Of a stretch of DNA of 51,415 bases, positions 1 to 7,972 are shown piece after piece. Under the pieces are notes generated by a model that saw nothing but the letters and a program-made list of their open reading frames with translations, was not told the DNA's origin and ran no database searches. Both the position numbers and the translations under genes were made by a program. Numbering within the stretch: the first letter of the stretch is position 1; each line of letters begins with the position of its first letter. This DNA is from a virus (lineage: Duplodnaviria; Caudoviricetes): positions 1 through 51,415 of IMG/VR virus record IMGVR_UViG_3300015241_000018; one strand, 5' to 3'.

Positions 1-1
1 C

Positions 2-17
2 CTATAGATATCTATAG
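2..17. repeat. Perfect 16-bp palindrome CTATAGATATCTATAG at the left end
   Basis: Read directly from sequence. Confidence 0.85.
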
Positions 18-80
18 AGGGCGAGCCGGAGGCGAGCTAACGAATATGAACAGGGACGCCGGTTCATAATTGAAGCACAA

Positions 81-109
81 TATGCATGTCTGCCATGCAG
101 TATTGCATA
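81..109. promoter_or_regulatory. Putative LysR-type (LsrB/VtlR-like) binding site
   Basis: GCAT-GTC-TG-CCA-T at 84-96 fits the GCAT-N3-TG-N3-T motif recalled for rhizobial LsrB/VtlR; lies within TATGCA...TGCATA dyad upstream of the first gene. Confidence 0.45.
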
Positions 110-328
110 GCTCTTCACGTCCTTGTGATTAGATAGCTGGCTAACCTAGTTGCGTTAGCCCTCTAGACATGAGACACTAGGTCTAAGGTCGCAAGACTGA
201 GTTGGCCGCACAGTGAACCAAGGTTGACGGTTATACCCGTAAAGCCCCAACACTGAGGCGATACCCGACAGCTTCCCCAACCTGCAATAATGCAGAGTGC
301 GAAGCTATGAGCAGAGAGAGAGAATACC

Positions 329-1372
329 ATGACTAACGATAAAGACATTGGCGAACAACAAGAAGCATTGGCAACAGAACTCGCCGCGATGGCGACACCG
401 GAACTCAATGCTGCTATCGAGGTAGTACTGAAGGCAAAGGAAGATATGCTTTCAGGTCCATTCAAGATCATTGGTGCCCTTGAACAGGCATTCGGCGAGA
501 AGATGGAAAAGCTACCGCGACCGGGTGAGAAAGAGGGCAATAACCCTGCAATCTACAAGGTGGCAGTGACCGACAAGCGCACGGGCAAGCAAACCAAGCG
601 CGAGGTTAACTTCTACAATGTGTTCGCCGATAAGTTGCCCGAAGGTGCGGCTGTGATCGCCGAGTTGCGATACATCGCCCTATCACGCGACGTTGAAGCC
701 AACCATACGGGTATACCCCAGAACATCATGGACATGACACCACAACAGAAGAATGTCCGTGAGGGCTACCTCACTACGCGCAAGACTACTAACCGGGCAA
801 AGGTGCTGGCCGCTGTGGAACTCAGGTTCCAGCTTGTTGCCATCAACGACTTGACCGGCGTTGTTGCTGAACCGTTCTTTGACGATGAGGATCGGACAAT
901 CATCAACAATTCATCAACTCCGATCCATGTCTACAATCCCAAGAACGAAAAGAAAGAATGGAAGGCGATCAGCATCTCGTCTTTCATGAAACTGAATGCC
1001 GACAAGGCAAAAGAAAAAGGTGGCACCTTTGCCGCTGTGTTCGAAACCATCAAGCGCAAGCCAGCGGGTGACGAGCAAGACAACAGCAACAGCCAAGCCA
1101 AGCCTCAGTTAATCCGGACAATGGACACACTGAAGGCAAGGACAACGGACTTTCACGAGGGTCTGGATCATATCTGGACTTCGAGCGACAAGGCGCAGTA
1201 TCAAGCGTTGCTCAAGACAATGGGTCCGAAGTCCACGGCAGGCAACGGACAATTCAAGTTGGAATTGTACGCCATCTACAACATGCTCGGAGATATCTTC
1301 AAGCATGCTGAAATCAAGGCCCATATAGAAGCCTTGAAAGAAGCGGATGCACTTGGGCAGGATGCGGCCTAA
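329..1372 (+). CDS. Hypothetical early protein (347 aa)
   Basis: Long ORF, GAGAGAGAG purine-rich RBS; no recognised domain; ends ...GQDAA. Confidence 0.85.
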   Translation: MTNDKDIGEQQEALATELAAMATPELNAAIEVVLKAKEDMLSGPFKIIGALEQAFGEKMEKLPRPGEKEGNNPAIYKVAVTDKRTGKQTKREVNFYNVFADKLPEGAAVIAELRYIALSRDVEANHTGIPQNIMDMTPQQKNVREGYLTTRKTTNRAKVLAAVELRFQLVAINDLTGVVAEPFFDDEDRTIINNSSTPIHVYNPKNEKKEWKAISISSFMKLNADKAKEKGGTFAAVFETIKRKPAGDEQDNSNSQAKPQLIRTMDTLKARTTDFHEGLDHIWTSSDKAQYQALLKTMGPKSTAGNGQFKLELYAIYNMLGDIFKHAEIKAHIEALKEADALGQDAA

Positions 1373-1578
1373 TGAAGTATCGGCACACGCCTATTCAAAT
1401 TCATGGTGACATTGTGTTAGCATGGGTTTGGAACGGGCAGGAATGGCACGGTTCACCCGGTCACAGATTGCCAGTGTTTAGGTTAAAGAAACCTAAGCCG
1501 GGCATGTGGCGCAATGGCCGCGTACTTTCTATTCCCTTTCGATCCAGCTATGTAACAAACATGGCACCTAACAAATAA
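1372..1578 (+). CDS. Hypothetical protein (68 aa)
   Basis: TAATG coupling to upstream gene; followed by terminator. Confidence 0.55.
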   Translation: MKYRHTPIQIHGDIVLAWVWNGQEWHGSPGHRLPVFRLKKPKPGMWRNGRVLSIPFRSSYVTNMAPNK

Positions 1579-1582
1579 CATT

Positions 1583-1616
1583 AACCCCGTTGCCCTAACC
1601 GGCAGCGGGGTTTTTT
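1583..1616 (+). terminator. Rho-independent terminator
   Basis: AACCCCGTTGCC-CTAACC-GGCAGCGGGGTT stem-loop running into a T6 tract. Confidence 0.9.
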
Positions 1617-1667
1617 ATTGTCTTGATTAGATGCATGCGCATGCATGTTGCGTTGCCGTTATGTTCC

Positions 1668-1713
1668 ATGTTGCACTGCACCATAGATCACTTCTATGTT
1701 GCGATGCAACATA
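1668..1713. promoter_or_regulatory. Two putative PhaR/AniA-type TGC-N3-GCA operators
   Basis: ATGTTGCACTGCACCAT (1668-1684) and perfect dyad TATGTTGC-GAT-GCAACATA (1695-1713). Confidence 0.5.
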
Positions 1714-1786
1714 TCGTGATAGGAATTATACTATGCGCGTGTGTGGGGGATGTGTATGTACCTGGTTAGACTAATCAATTTAGCAT

Positions 1787-1802
1787 TTAATATATGATTA
1801 AC
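1787..1802 (+). promoter_or_regulatory. Putative CtrA box
   Basis: TTAA-TATATGA-TTAAC, exact TTAA-N7-TTAAC consensus, ~100 bp upstream of a sigma70 promoter. Confidence 0.55.
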
Positions 1803-1899
1803 ATGATAGGTTGCCGACGTACGTGTGTATACAGACCCATAATGTCACTGACCTAAATAGACGCTTAAACACTTATAAGCCCATAAGGTTCTGGCTGGT

Positions 1900-1928
1900 T
1901 TGCCTTAAGGAAGTCCAAGTGCTATAAT
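1900..1928 (+). promoter_or_regulatory. Sigma70-type early promoter
   Basis: TTGCCT-17 bp-TATAAT with extended -10 (TGC-TATAAT), upstream of ORF 1972. Confidence 0.7.
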
Positions 1929-1971
1929 CTGGATACTGGGAATTTCTTCCAGAAATTAAGGGGAAATACAA

Positions 1972-2277
1972 ATGGGACCATACAGTAGATACCGGGCTCA
2001 ATTCGAGAACATCCGGAATAACTCCAATCGCGTCATTACCCGACAGGTTGGTGAGATACCCGGTTGTGTGCCAGCAGTGGATGTGTTCATTGAGATGATT
2101 GAAGAACAGGTTCTAACTGAACTTAAAGCCAATCCATACTGGAAGGTATGGAATGACTATCGCTTCGGAGTTATTGGTTGGAATGAGTGGCTTAATCATC
2201 CCATTCATAAGCAACCCATTCGCTCATTCATCAAGAACCCTGTTACCAAATCAACTGGTAACAGGTACAATACTTAG
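1972..2277 (+). CDS. Hypothetical protein (101 aa)
   Basis: AGGGGAAATAC RBS, downstream of promoter. Confidence 0.7.
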   Translation: MGPYSRYRAQFENIRNNSNRVITRQVGEIPGCVPAVDVFIEMIEEQVLTELKANPYWKVWNDYRFGVIGWNEWLNHPIHKQPIRSFIKNPVTKSTGNRYNT

Positions 2278-2399
2278 TCTTGCGACACAAGACACGGCTA
2301 CGCTAGCCCAAATAGCGACACACCAAGACCAAGGTGTATAATAGTCCGAGGCTGGGCATCCTCGCAGCTTCTGCCCAATAACTCTAAGGGGAATGAATA

Positions 2400-2522
2400 G
2401 TGTCTACTAGAACTATATGGATTATAGCTGCTGTGCTCTGGATTATAGCAGCTATTGTAGCTTGTTCAGAGTTGCGTGTTAACGAGAGACCAATCCATCA
2501 CTACCCGCCAATAACTGGCTAA
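2400..2522 (+). CDS. Small membrane protein or lipoprotein (40 aa, MSTRTIWIIAAVLWIIAAIVAC...)
   Basis: Manually translated GTG-start ORF with AAGGGGAAT RBS and a hydrophobic helix ending in a lipobox-like IVAC. Confidence 0.5.
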   Translation: MSTRTIWIIAAVLWIIAAIVACSELRVNERPIHHYPPITG

Positions 2523-2540
2523 CAACAGAAGGGGAATAGC

Positions 2541-2804
2541 ATGTTGCGCATTGTTTGTCTTACTATGTTGATGTCCACATCAGCATTCGCTCAGGGTGGA
2601 TACGGTGGTCCACCAATGTGGGACCGTGGTCCTAATCCTGAATACCGACGAGAGAGGCCTATGCCTCCTCCGCGTCGTCCTTGGGGTCCTCAAATGGAGG
2701 ACTGCATCTACCAAAATAACTGTCGCGGACCGCGTTACCGTGACTTCGAGGATCCCCGTCCATATCCTATGCCTCCTTATCCTCGATACGAGGGGGAGGA
2801 CTAA
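2541..2804 (+). CDS. Putative secreted Pro/Arg-rich protein (87 aa)
   Basis: Signal-peptide-like N-terminus ending SAFA-Q; AAGGGGAATA RBS. Confidence 0.65.
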   Translation: MLRIVCLTMLMSTSAFAQGGYGGPPMWDRGPNPEYRRERPMPPPRRPWGPQMEDCIYQNNCRGPRYRDFEDPRPYPMPPYPRYEGED

Positions 2805-2808
2805 TACA

Positions 2809-2964
2809 ATGGACAAGAATGAACGCATCCTCGTCAAGGTGGGTGCAATCGTTGGTTGGGGCATTGCCCTGGCTTACTTGTGGCCATTGATACCATTGGC
2901 CATACTCAATCGCGTTATCGCGGAAGAACTCAGGCGCAAGGAACAGGACCATGACTCTCGTTGA
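2809..2964 (+). CDS. Small membrane protein (51 aa)
   Basis: Start re-placed at ATG 2809 after GGAGGA; one hydrophobic segment. Confidence 0.55.
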   Translation: MDKNERILVKVGAIVGWGIALAYLWPLIPLAILNRVIAEELRRKEQDHDSR

Positions 2965-3145
2965 GATAGCAATGACTAAGATCAAGGTTACCTATGCACA
3001 TGGCGTGGACGTGTGTATGCCGTGGGAGGATGAGCTGTTCGGCGATTGGTATGAGTTCGCCGACTGGCTGAAGAAGGAAAACCATTCGAACGGTCCTATA
3101 ACAATCATCGCGTGGGAATACGTAGACGCCAAAACAGGCATATAA
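2951..3145 (+). CDS. Hypothetical protein (64 aa)
   Basis: AGGA RBS, overlaps upstream stop. Confidence 0.55.
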   Translation: MTLVEIAMTKIKVTYAHGVDVCMPWEDELFGDWYEFADWLKKENHSNGPITIIAWEYVDAKTGI

Positions 3146-3164
3146 TATACACAGGGGAATACAA

Positions 3165-3347
3165 ATGACTAAGCATACCATGCCTAGATTCGCCATACTG
3201 GTTACACGAGACGATAACAATTGGTGGCACTACGTATTAGTGGTGGACTACAAGACCACTACTACTACGGGTCCATTCGAAACAGCTGACTCTGCATTCA
3301 AGGCAGCGAAGAACGATGCCAATAGGAAGGGATTGTTACCGGTATGA
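3165..3347 (+). CDS. Hypothetical protein (60 aa)
   Basis: AGGGGAATAC RBS; ATGA coupling to next gene. Confidence 0.65.
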   Translation: MTKHTMPRFAILVTRDDNNWWHYVLVVDYKTTTTTGPFETADSAFKAAKNDANRKGLLPV

Positions 3348-3931
3348 AACAGTACGATCGTAAGCGATACGGTCTGTTCATTGATGGGTCTAACCTGTAC
3401 GCTTCAGCTAAGGCCCTCGGTTTCCGAGTGGACTTCTCCAAGATCCACTCTCATTTCTCTAGCATGGGTGACGTAGCCCATGCCATGTACTTCACAGCCC
3501 TGCCACCTAAGACGGTGGAGTCTCCATTGCGTAGGATGGTAGACTTCGTGGAGTACAATGAGTTTACTTTGGTCTCCAAGGAGACTCATACTCACTACGA
3601 TTCAGACAATACACCACGATTGAAGGGGAATATGGATGTTGAGATCGCAGTCTATATGGAGGAGGTTGCTGGTACCCTTACTGATGTCGTTCTGTTCAGC
3701 GGTGACGGCGACTTTCGTTGTCTCATTGAGTCCGTACAGCGTCGTTTCGGTGTCCACGTCACGGTCATATCCACTCGTAGTCTGGTATCGGATGCGCTGC
3801 GACGACAAGCCAACAAGTACATTGACTTGTCCACACTCAAAGACAAGTTCATTCATCAGGCCGATGTGGTCAAGGTGAGTGAAGAAATTAAAGAGAAGCG
3901 TCGTCGGTTCTTGTTCGGCAAAGGGGAATAA
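3344..3931 (+). CDS. NYN domain (LabA/DUF88, PIN-fold) ribonuclease
   Basis: Motifs LFIDGSNLY, KGNMDVEIAV, LFSGDGDF and LRRQA. Confidence 0.92.
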   Translation: MKQYDRKRYGLFIDGSNLYASAKALGFRVDFSKIHSHFSSMGDVAHAMYFTALPPKTVESPLRRMVDFVEYNEFTLVSKETHTHYDSDNTPRLKGNMDVEIAVYMEEVAGTLTDVVLFSGDGDFRCLIESVQRRFGVHVTVISTRSLVSDALRRQANKYIDLSTLKDKFIHQADVVKVSEEIKEKRRRFLFGKGE

Positions 3932-3933
3932 CT

Positions 3934-4566
3934 ATGTTGCAACCATTCTTAGAAGATATGCTCAAAGCACTAGCCATCTTAGCTGGTGTATCGTTGTTCT
4001 TGAACGTAACCAGTCGTAGGATTATGCCTGCAATCGTGTTGATTGGAGGCTTATTCCTATCACAAAACGCCGATGCACGTGGCCATCGTCATCACCACAG
4101 ACATCGCCAACACCATCACGTTGAGAAGGTCAAACATGTCCCAATCCCTCATGTACGTCCGGTTATTCCTGGACCTGTTGATCCCGATCCTGTTCTTGAT
4201 CCTAGTGGTACTCCCGTGGTTGAGACGGTAATGGCTTTCAAGTATACGTTCAAGGATACCATTAAGTATATGGAACCTTGGGCTAATGCTTTGGGAATGT
4301 CTCCCTTTGACTTAATAGCCTATGCTGCCGGACAGCAGGCTTGGACAACTGATCCTTTGGAAGTTGTCCTATACAACCTTGATCGTAGAGCTAAATACGT
4401 CGAGGCTCAACGACAGATTGCCTTAGCTTATTATCTCAGTAATCCACCGCAGAAGAAGGTCCGTGGTTGGAAAGAACCTGTGGGTGTGATCTTCTTATTC
4501 CTCGGAATGTTCGTAGTAGTCGGAACGATGTGGTACGCCGCTCATACGTGGGGTAAGTCCGGTTGA
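3934..4566 (+). CDS. Membrane-associated protein with His-rich tract (210 aa)
   Basis: N- and C-terminal hydrophobic helices; RGHRHHHRHRQHHH tract; AAGGGGAATA RBS. Confidence 0.75.
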   Translation: MLQPFLEDMLKALAILAGVSLFLNVTSRRIMPAIVLIGGLFLSQNADARGHRHHHRHRQHHHVEKVKHVPIPHVRPVIPGPVDPDPVLDPSGTPVVETVMAFKYTFKDTIKYMEPWANALGMSPFDLIAYAAGQQAWTTDPLEVVLYNLDRRAKYVEAQRQIALAYYLSNPPQKKVRGWKEPVGVIFLFLGMFVVVGTMWYAAHTWGKSG

Positions 4567-4620
4567 CTTAGTCAACTAGAAATGGTATGATCTTGATAAT
4601 GCCAAGGAAAGGAGAAAGTT

Positions 4621-5139
4621 ATGGCAAATCGTACTATGGCGGCTAAAAGACTGAAAGAGAAGAAGCAACGACGCGCATGGGCTAAACACCTGGCAATTCC
4701 CAGTGGTATCACTCCCAATCGCGTAATACTTAACGAGTACAAGACGCGTGCGCTGGGCCTAGGTGTGAATGAGTTCGAAGTCGACGAACACATTCGATCT
4801 TGGTACAAGCGCGATCCTCTACATCAGTTGACACCGGGCCAAGAAGAAGTGGCCAAGCTATCTCGGGAGATGCGGTTGCGTCAGCCGGGACTGATGTTCT
4901 TTGATCTATTCAACAATGATGCCCAGCGTTACATCTGTTGGCGCAATGCCGATGGCTCGTGCTGGGTAATCCAATATATCAACAAGAGGAAAGATATGCT
5001 CTTTACCTCTGTTGAATACCCCAATAAGGCTGCCGCCCTGGCTGCCTACAATAATCAGAAGTTACGTTGGGCTCACCATGAGCCTTACGCCCCCGTACAA
5101 TCAGGATTGTGCCCTCCCCTGATTGCTACCGGCGGCTAG
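4621..5139 (+). CDS. Hypothetical protein (172 aa)
   Basis: AAGGAG RBS, basic N-terminus. Confidence 0.8.
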   Translation: MANRTMAAKRLKEKKQRRAWAKHLAIPSGITPNRVILNEYKTRALGLGVNEFEVDEHIRSWYKRDPLHQLTPGQEEVAKLSREMRLRQPGLMFFDLFNNDAQRYICWRNADGSCWVIQYINKRKDMLFTSVEYPNKAAALAAYNNQKLRWAHHEPYAPVQSGLCPPLIATGG

Positions 5140-5161
5140 TAGCCGCACTGCTAGCTGCCCC

Positions 5162-5204
5162 GCCCTCGTGTGCCGCTCCCCTCGGCGCACGGGGGCATTT
5201 CTTT
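5162..5204 (+). terminator. Terminator-like hairpin with CTCCCCT loop
   Basis: 14-bp stem 5162-5175/5183-5196 followed by ATTTCTTT. Confidence 0.6.
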
Positions 5205-5223
5205 GCCTATTGAGGAGATTCCC

Positions 5224-5559
5224 ATGTCTGTTAAAGCCGCACTCGAGAAGCTTCACAAGCAAATCCATGAGGACAAAACCGATGGACGCTTTCCTGTATT
5301 TGTTCTGGGTCTTGAGGTGGGATCTGCGTCTTCATGGAGTAGTTGGGAATGTGAGGAAGATTGCAAGATATACTTTATATTTGAGAACTTCAGACCGCGA
5401 GATAACTTAAAAAAGTTATTTAATAATTGGGATAATATACTGATTGATTATGAGGACGGAGAAATCCACAAGTATACTGACAATGGCGATAGCTGGGATG
5501 TTGATTGGGAATTCCCCATCACGATTCTCTCAATTCAAATCGCCTTGACTACGGACTAA
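5224..5559 (+). CDS. Hypothetical protein (111 aa)
   Basis: Start re-placed at ATG 5224 after GAGGAG RBS. Confidence 0.7.
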   Translation: MSVKAALEKLHKQIHEDKTDGRFPVFVLGLEVGSASSWSSWECEEDCKIYFIFENFRPRDNLKKLFNNWDNILIDYEDGEIHKYTDNGDSWDVDWEFPITILSIQIALTTD

Positions 5560-5570
5560 AGGAGAGAGAA

Positions 5571-6266
5571 GTGGAAGACAGAGGAATGGAGATGTTACGG
5601 AAAGCAGTCTCTCCCCGTGAGAGTCTGACTACCGGAAGCTGGGAAGAGAATACGAGTAACTACATTTCGCGTGTGTTTACTCAAGCAATGGGTTGGGTTG
5701 AGTCTAACCAAAGCAAACTCATCCTGTCCATTGGCGTTACCTTGGTACTGTGCGGTATGGTACTGGGTATTCGGGTCATCTGGCTGCAGTGGTTCCACAA
5801 AAGGTTCTTGGAACTTCACTACAATTGGGTTGTGTATCCTTGGCGTCGCTTCATTAAGCGGCCATACCAATGGGCATTCAAACCATTTCGTCGTATGCAC
5901 CGCAGGTGGTCCGAAAGGAACCTGAGGGCTAAGATGGCTAAGTTCGAGAAGAGACACCTAGCCGATATATTCATTGATGGCTTGTATAAGGGAGCCGAGG
6001 AAGGAGTCATATCAAGACAGACGTTCAAGAAAGTTCAGGCAGGACTTGCTGTGTTCTTCGATCTGCCTGATCTCAATCGTAAGAAGACACATCCTCAAGC
6101 CGTTGCCCATGAACAGGCAATGAAGAAAGCTAAGATCAAAGAGAGGAAAGGTAAAGTACCTGGTCCTCAGAATAAGATTCCCGGCGGCAAGCCCGGCGAG
6201 AATACTACGCCTGTGTATAAGGGGATTGGCCACTCTTACCTGGTCAAGAAGGCAGCTAAAGTTTAA
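5571..6266 (+). CDS. Basic single-pass membrane protein
   Basis: GTG 5571 after AAGGAGAGAG (ATG 5586 is an alternative); TM helix LILSIGVTLVLCGMVLGIRVIWL. Confidence 0.75.
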   Translation: MEDRGMEMLRKAVSPRESLTTGSWEENTSNYISRVFTQAMGWVESNQSKLILSIGVTLVLCGMVLGIRVIWLQWFHKRFLELHYNWVVYPWRRFIKRPYQWAFKPFRRMHRRWSERNLRAKMAKFEKRHLADIFIDGLYKGAEEGVISRQTFKKVQAGLAVFFDLPDLNRKKTHPQAVAHEQAMKKAKIKERKGKVPGPQNKIPGGKPGENTTPVYKGIGHSYLVKKAAKV

Positions 6267-6280
6267 CAGAGAGAGAGAAC

Positions 6281-7843
6281 ATGAACGCAATCAATCAACC
6301 ACAATCGATCGTCCGCAAGAAGGCTGGGTTCACAGTACCCAGAGAATTCTTCGAGACAGCGCTACGAAAGTGTCCATCAGCATCTGGCCTCGCTATACGC
6401 GATGTCGAAGGTGATGTGACTACCTTGTGTCTGGATCGCTTCGATACCACGGCAACCGTCGACAGCCTGATGGAAATGCAGGAGACGATCAAACCCTATG
6501 AGGCAGCCTATTGGTTCGCCAATCTACCCGGCGCCCACAAGGACAGCCTTCAACCATATACTCTCGAGGTACGTGAAGACGAGAGCTCTGAACCCGTAAC
6601 AGTGCTGACCTTCTTCGTCGAAGGTGATATCCCCAAGTACAGTATCGAGGGATCGGAACGTACTGATGAGGCCAACTTCGTCGCCGACGTGGTGATGCCT
6701 CTGCTGGAAGAATACTTTGAAGACTCTGAAGGCGACATCGGCAAGTTCACCGCCAAGTTGCACAAGCCCTCGTTCGAGAAGACCTTGATGGCGTATACCG
6801 GCCATCGAGCCATCTTCCTGTTCCTGCCTCTCGAAGGCGACCCGATCATGTTCGGTGATTCCAAGGGATTGGGCTCCGACTACGACTGGGGGAGTGTGTC
6901 TCAACACCTGGACTGGGACAAGAAGAAGGAGGAAACTCCTATCACAAAAGCGGCTGACGCGATCGTGGCAGGCGTCAAGAAGTACTCACTCATGGGTAAG
7001 AAAACCCCAGCAGTCACCACTGACGATAAGGGGATACATCACACTGCCCCAAAGCCGGCAGCTCCTCACCCCGATGCAGCAGCGGCCAAGGCTGGCGACA
7101 TTGCTTTGCCCACGGCTACAGCCGGTACACGAACTCGTGTCGAAGTTGTCGTCCCGAAGAAGCTGGACGGTGATGCCCGGAACATTTGGATTAGACTGTT
7201 CAATGATGGTGAGCTCCCAAAGGACCATCAGAAAAAAGACCTCAAGATTTGGGTCTACTCCGACCAAGTTCCCTTCGCTACTCGGGATGGGATCGTTACT
7301 AAGGCTCACGTCAAGGGACTGGAGAAGGAGATGCAAGGTCTCAAGCTCCCACCTCAGGACATGAAGGCCGCAGCACCCACGCCAGTAGCTCCCAAGTCTG
7401 GCTCAGACATTGCCAAGGAACGGGTGGCAGCAGGAGCCAGATCACCAGCAGACTTCATCCCGGACATGGACGACAAGGACATGACCGAACAGACTACCGT
7501 TCTCTCCGGCTTCGTCGGACGAGATAAGGTGCCAAGCTGGATGGAAATCCAGAAACTCGAAGCACCATGGCCCACGTATAGCCAGAAGATGGGAATACCT
7601 TTCGCCGATCTTCTGCGCTATACTGTCGGGGACATCTCTGCACTCTGCAAGGGCCACAAGCCATCGGTGATGCTCATCTTGGAGTTCAGGCGCAACCTGC
7701 TCCAGATGTTGTCAGCCGACAAGCTCAAGGACCTCATTGGTACGGCAACGACGGTCGAGAAGGAAACCGACAAGCACATCAAGGCCCAGGAAGTCCTCAA
7801 GCCTTCGGCCAACAAGAAGTACTCTGTCTTCGGTAAGAAATAA
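6281..7843 (+). CDS. Protein with degenerate class II glutamine amidotransferase (Ntn)-like N-terminal domain (520 aa)
   Basis: IVRKKAGFTVPREFFETALRKCPSASGLA, LQPY and ERTDEANFVADVVMPLL follow the pattern of phage GATase-II proteins, but there is no N-terminal Cys or HNG motif. Confidence 0.55.
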   Translation: MNAINQPQSIVRKKAGFTVPREFFETALRKCPSASGLAIRDVEGDVTTLCLDRFDTTATVDSLMEMQETIKPYEAAYWFANLPGAHKDSLQPYTLEVREDESSEPVTVLTFFVEGDIPKYSIEGSERTDEANFVADVVMPLLEEYFEDSEGDIGKFTAKLHKPSFEKTLMAYTGHRAIFLFLPLEGDPIMFGDSKGLGSDYDWGSVSQHLDWDKKKEETPITKAADAIVAGVKKYSLMGKKTPAVTTDDKGIHHTAPKPAAPHPDAAAAKAGDIALPTATAGTRTRVEVVVPKKLDGDARNIWIRLFNDGELPKDHQKKDLKIWVYSDQVPFATRDGIVTKAHVKGLEKEMQGLKLPPQDMKAAAPTPVAPKSGSDIAKERVAAGARSPADFIPDMDDKDMTEQTTVLSGFVGRDKVPSWMEIQKLEAPWPTYSQKMGIPFADLLRYTVGDISALCKGHKPSVMLILEFRRNLLQMLSADKLKDLIGTATTVEKETDKHIKAQEVLKPSANKKYSVFGKK

Positions 7844-7844
7844 G

Positions 7845-7964
7845 AACCCCGCGAGAGTGGGTTAATCGCACTAGCACGGTCAGGTGACCGCTGACTAGTA
7901 GTGGTGGAGTGATGACCATGGATGTTTAACCTGACGTTTTCATCCATGGTCCCTTCCTCAGGGG
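7845..7964 (+). other. Structured intergenic leader with four hairpins
   Basis: Hairpins 7845-7863, CGGTC/GACCG 7877-7890, perfect 11-bp GACCATGGATG/CATCCATGGTC 7914-7951, and CCCT-TCCTC-AGGG covering the RBS. Confidence 0.55.
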
Positions 7965-7972
7965 TATTTCCA

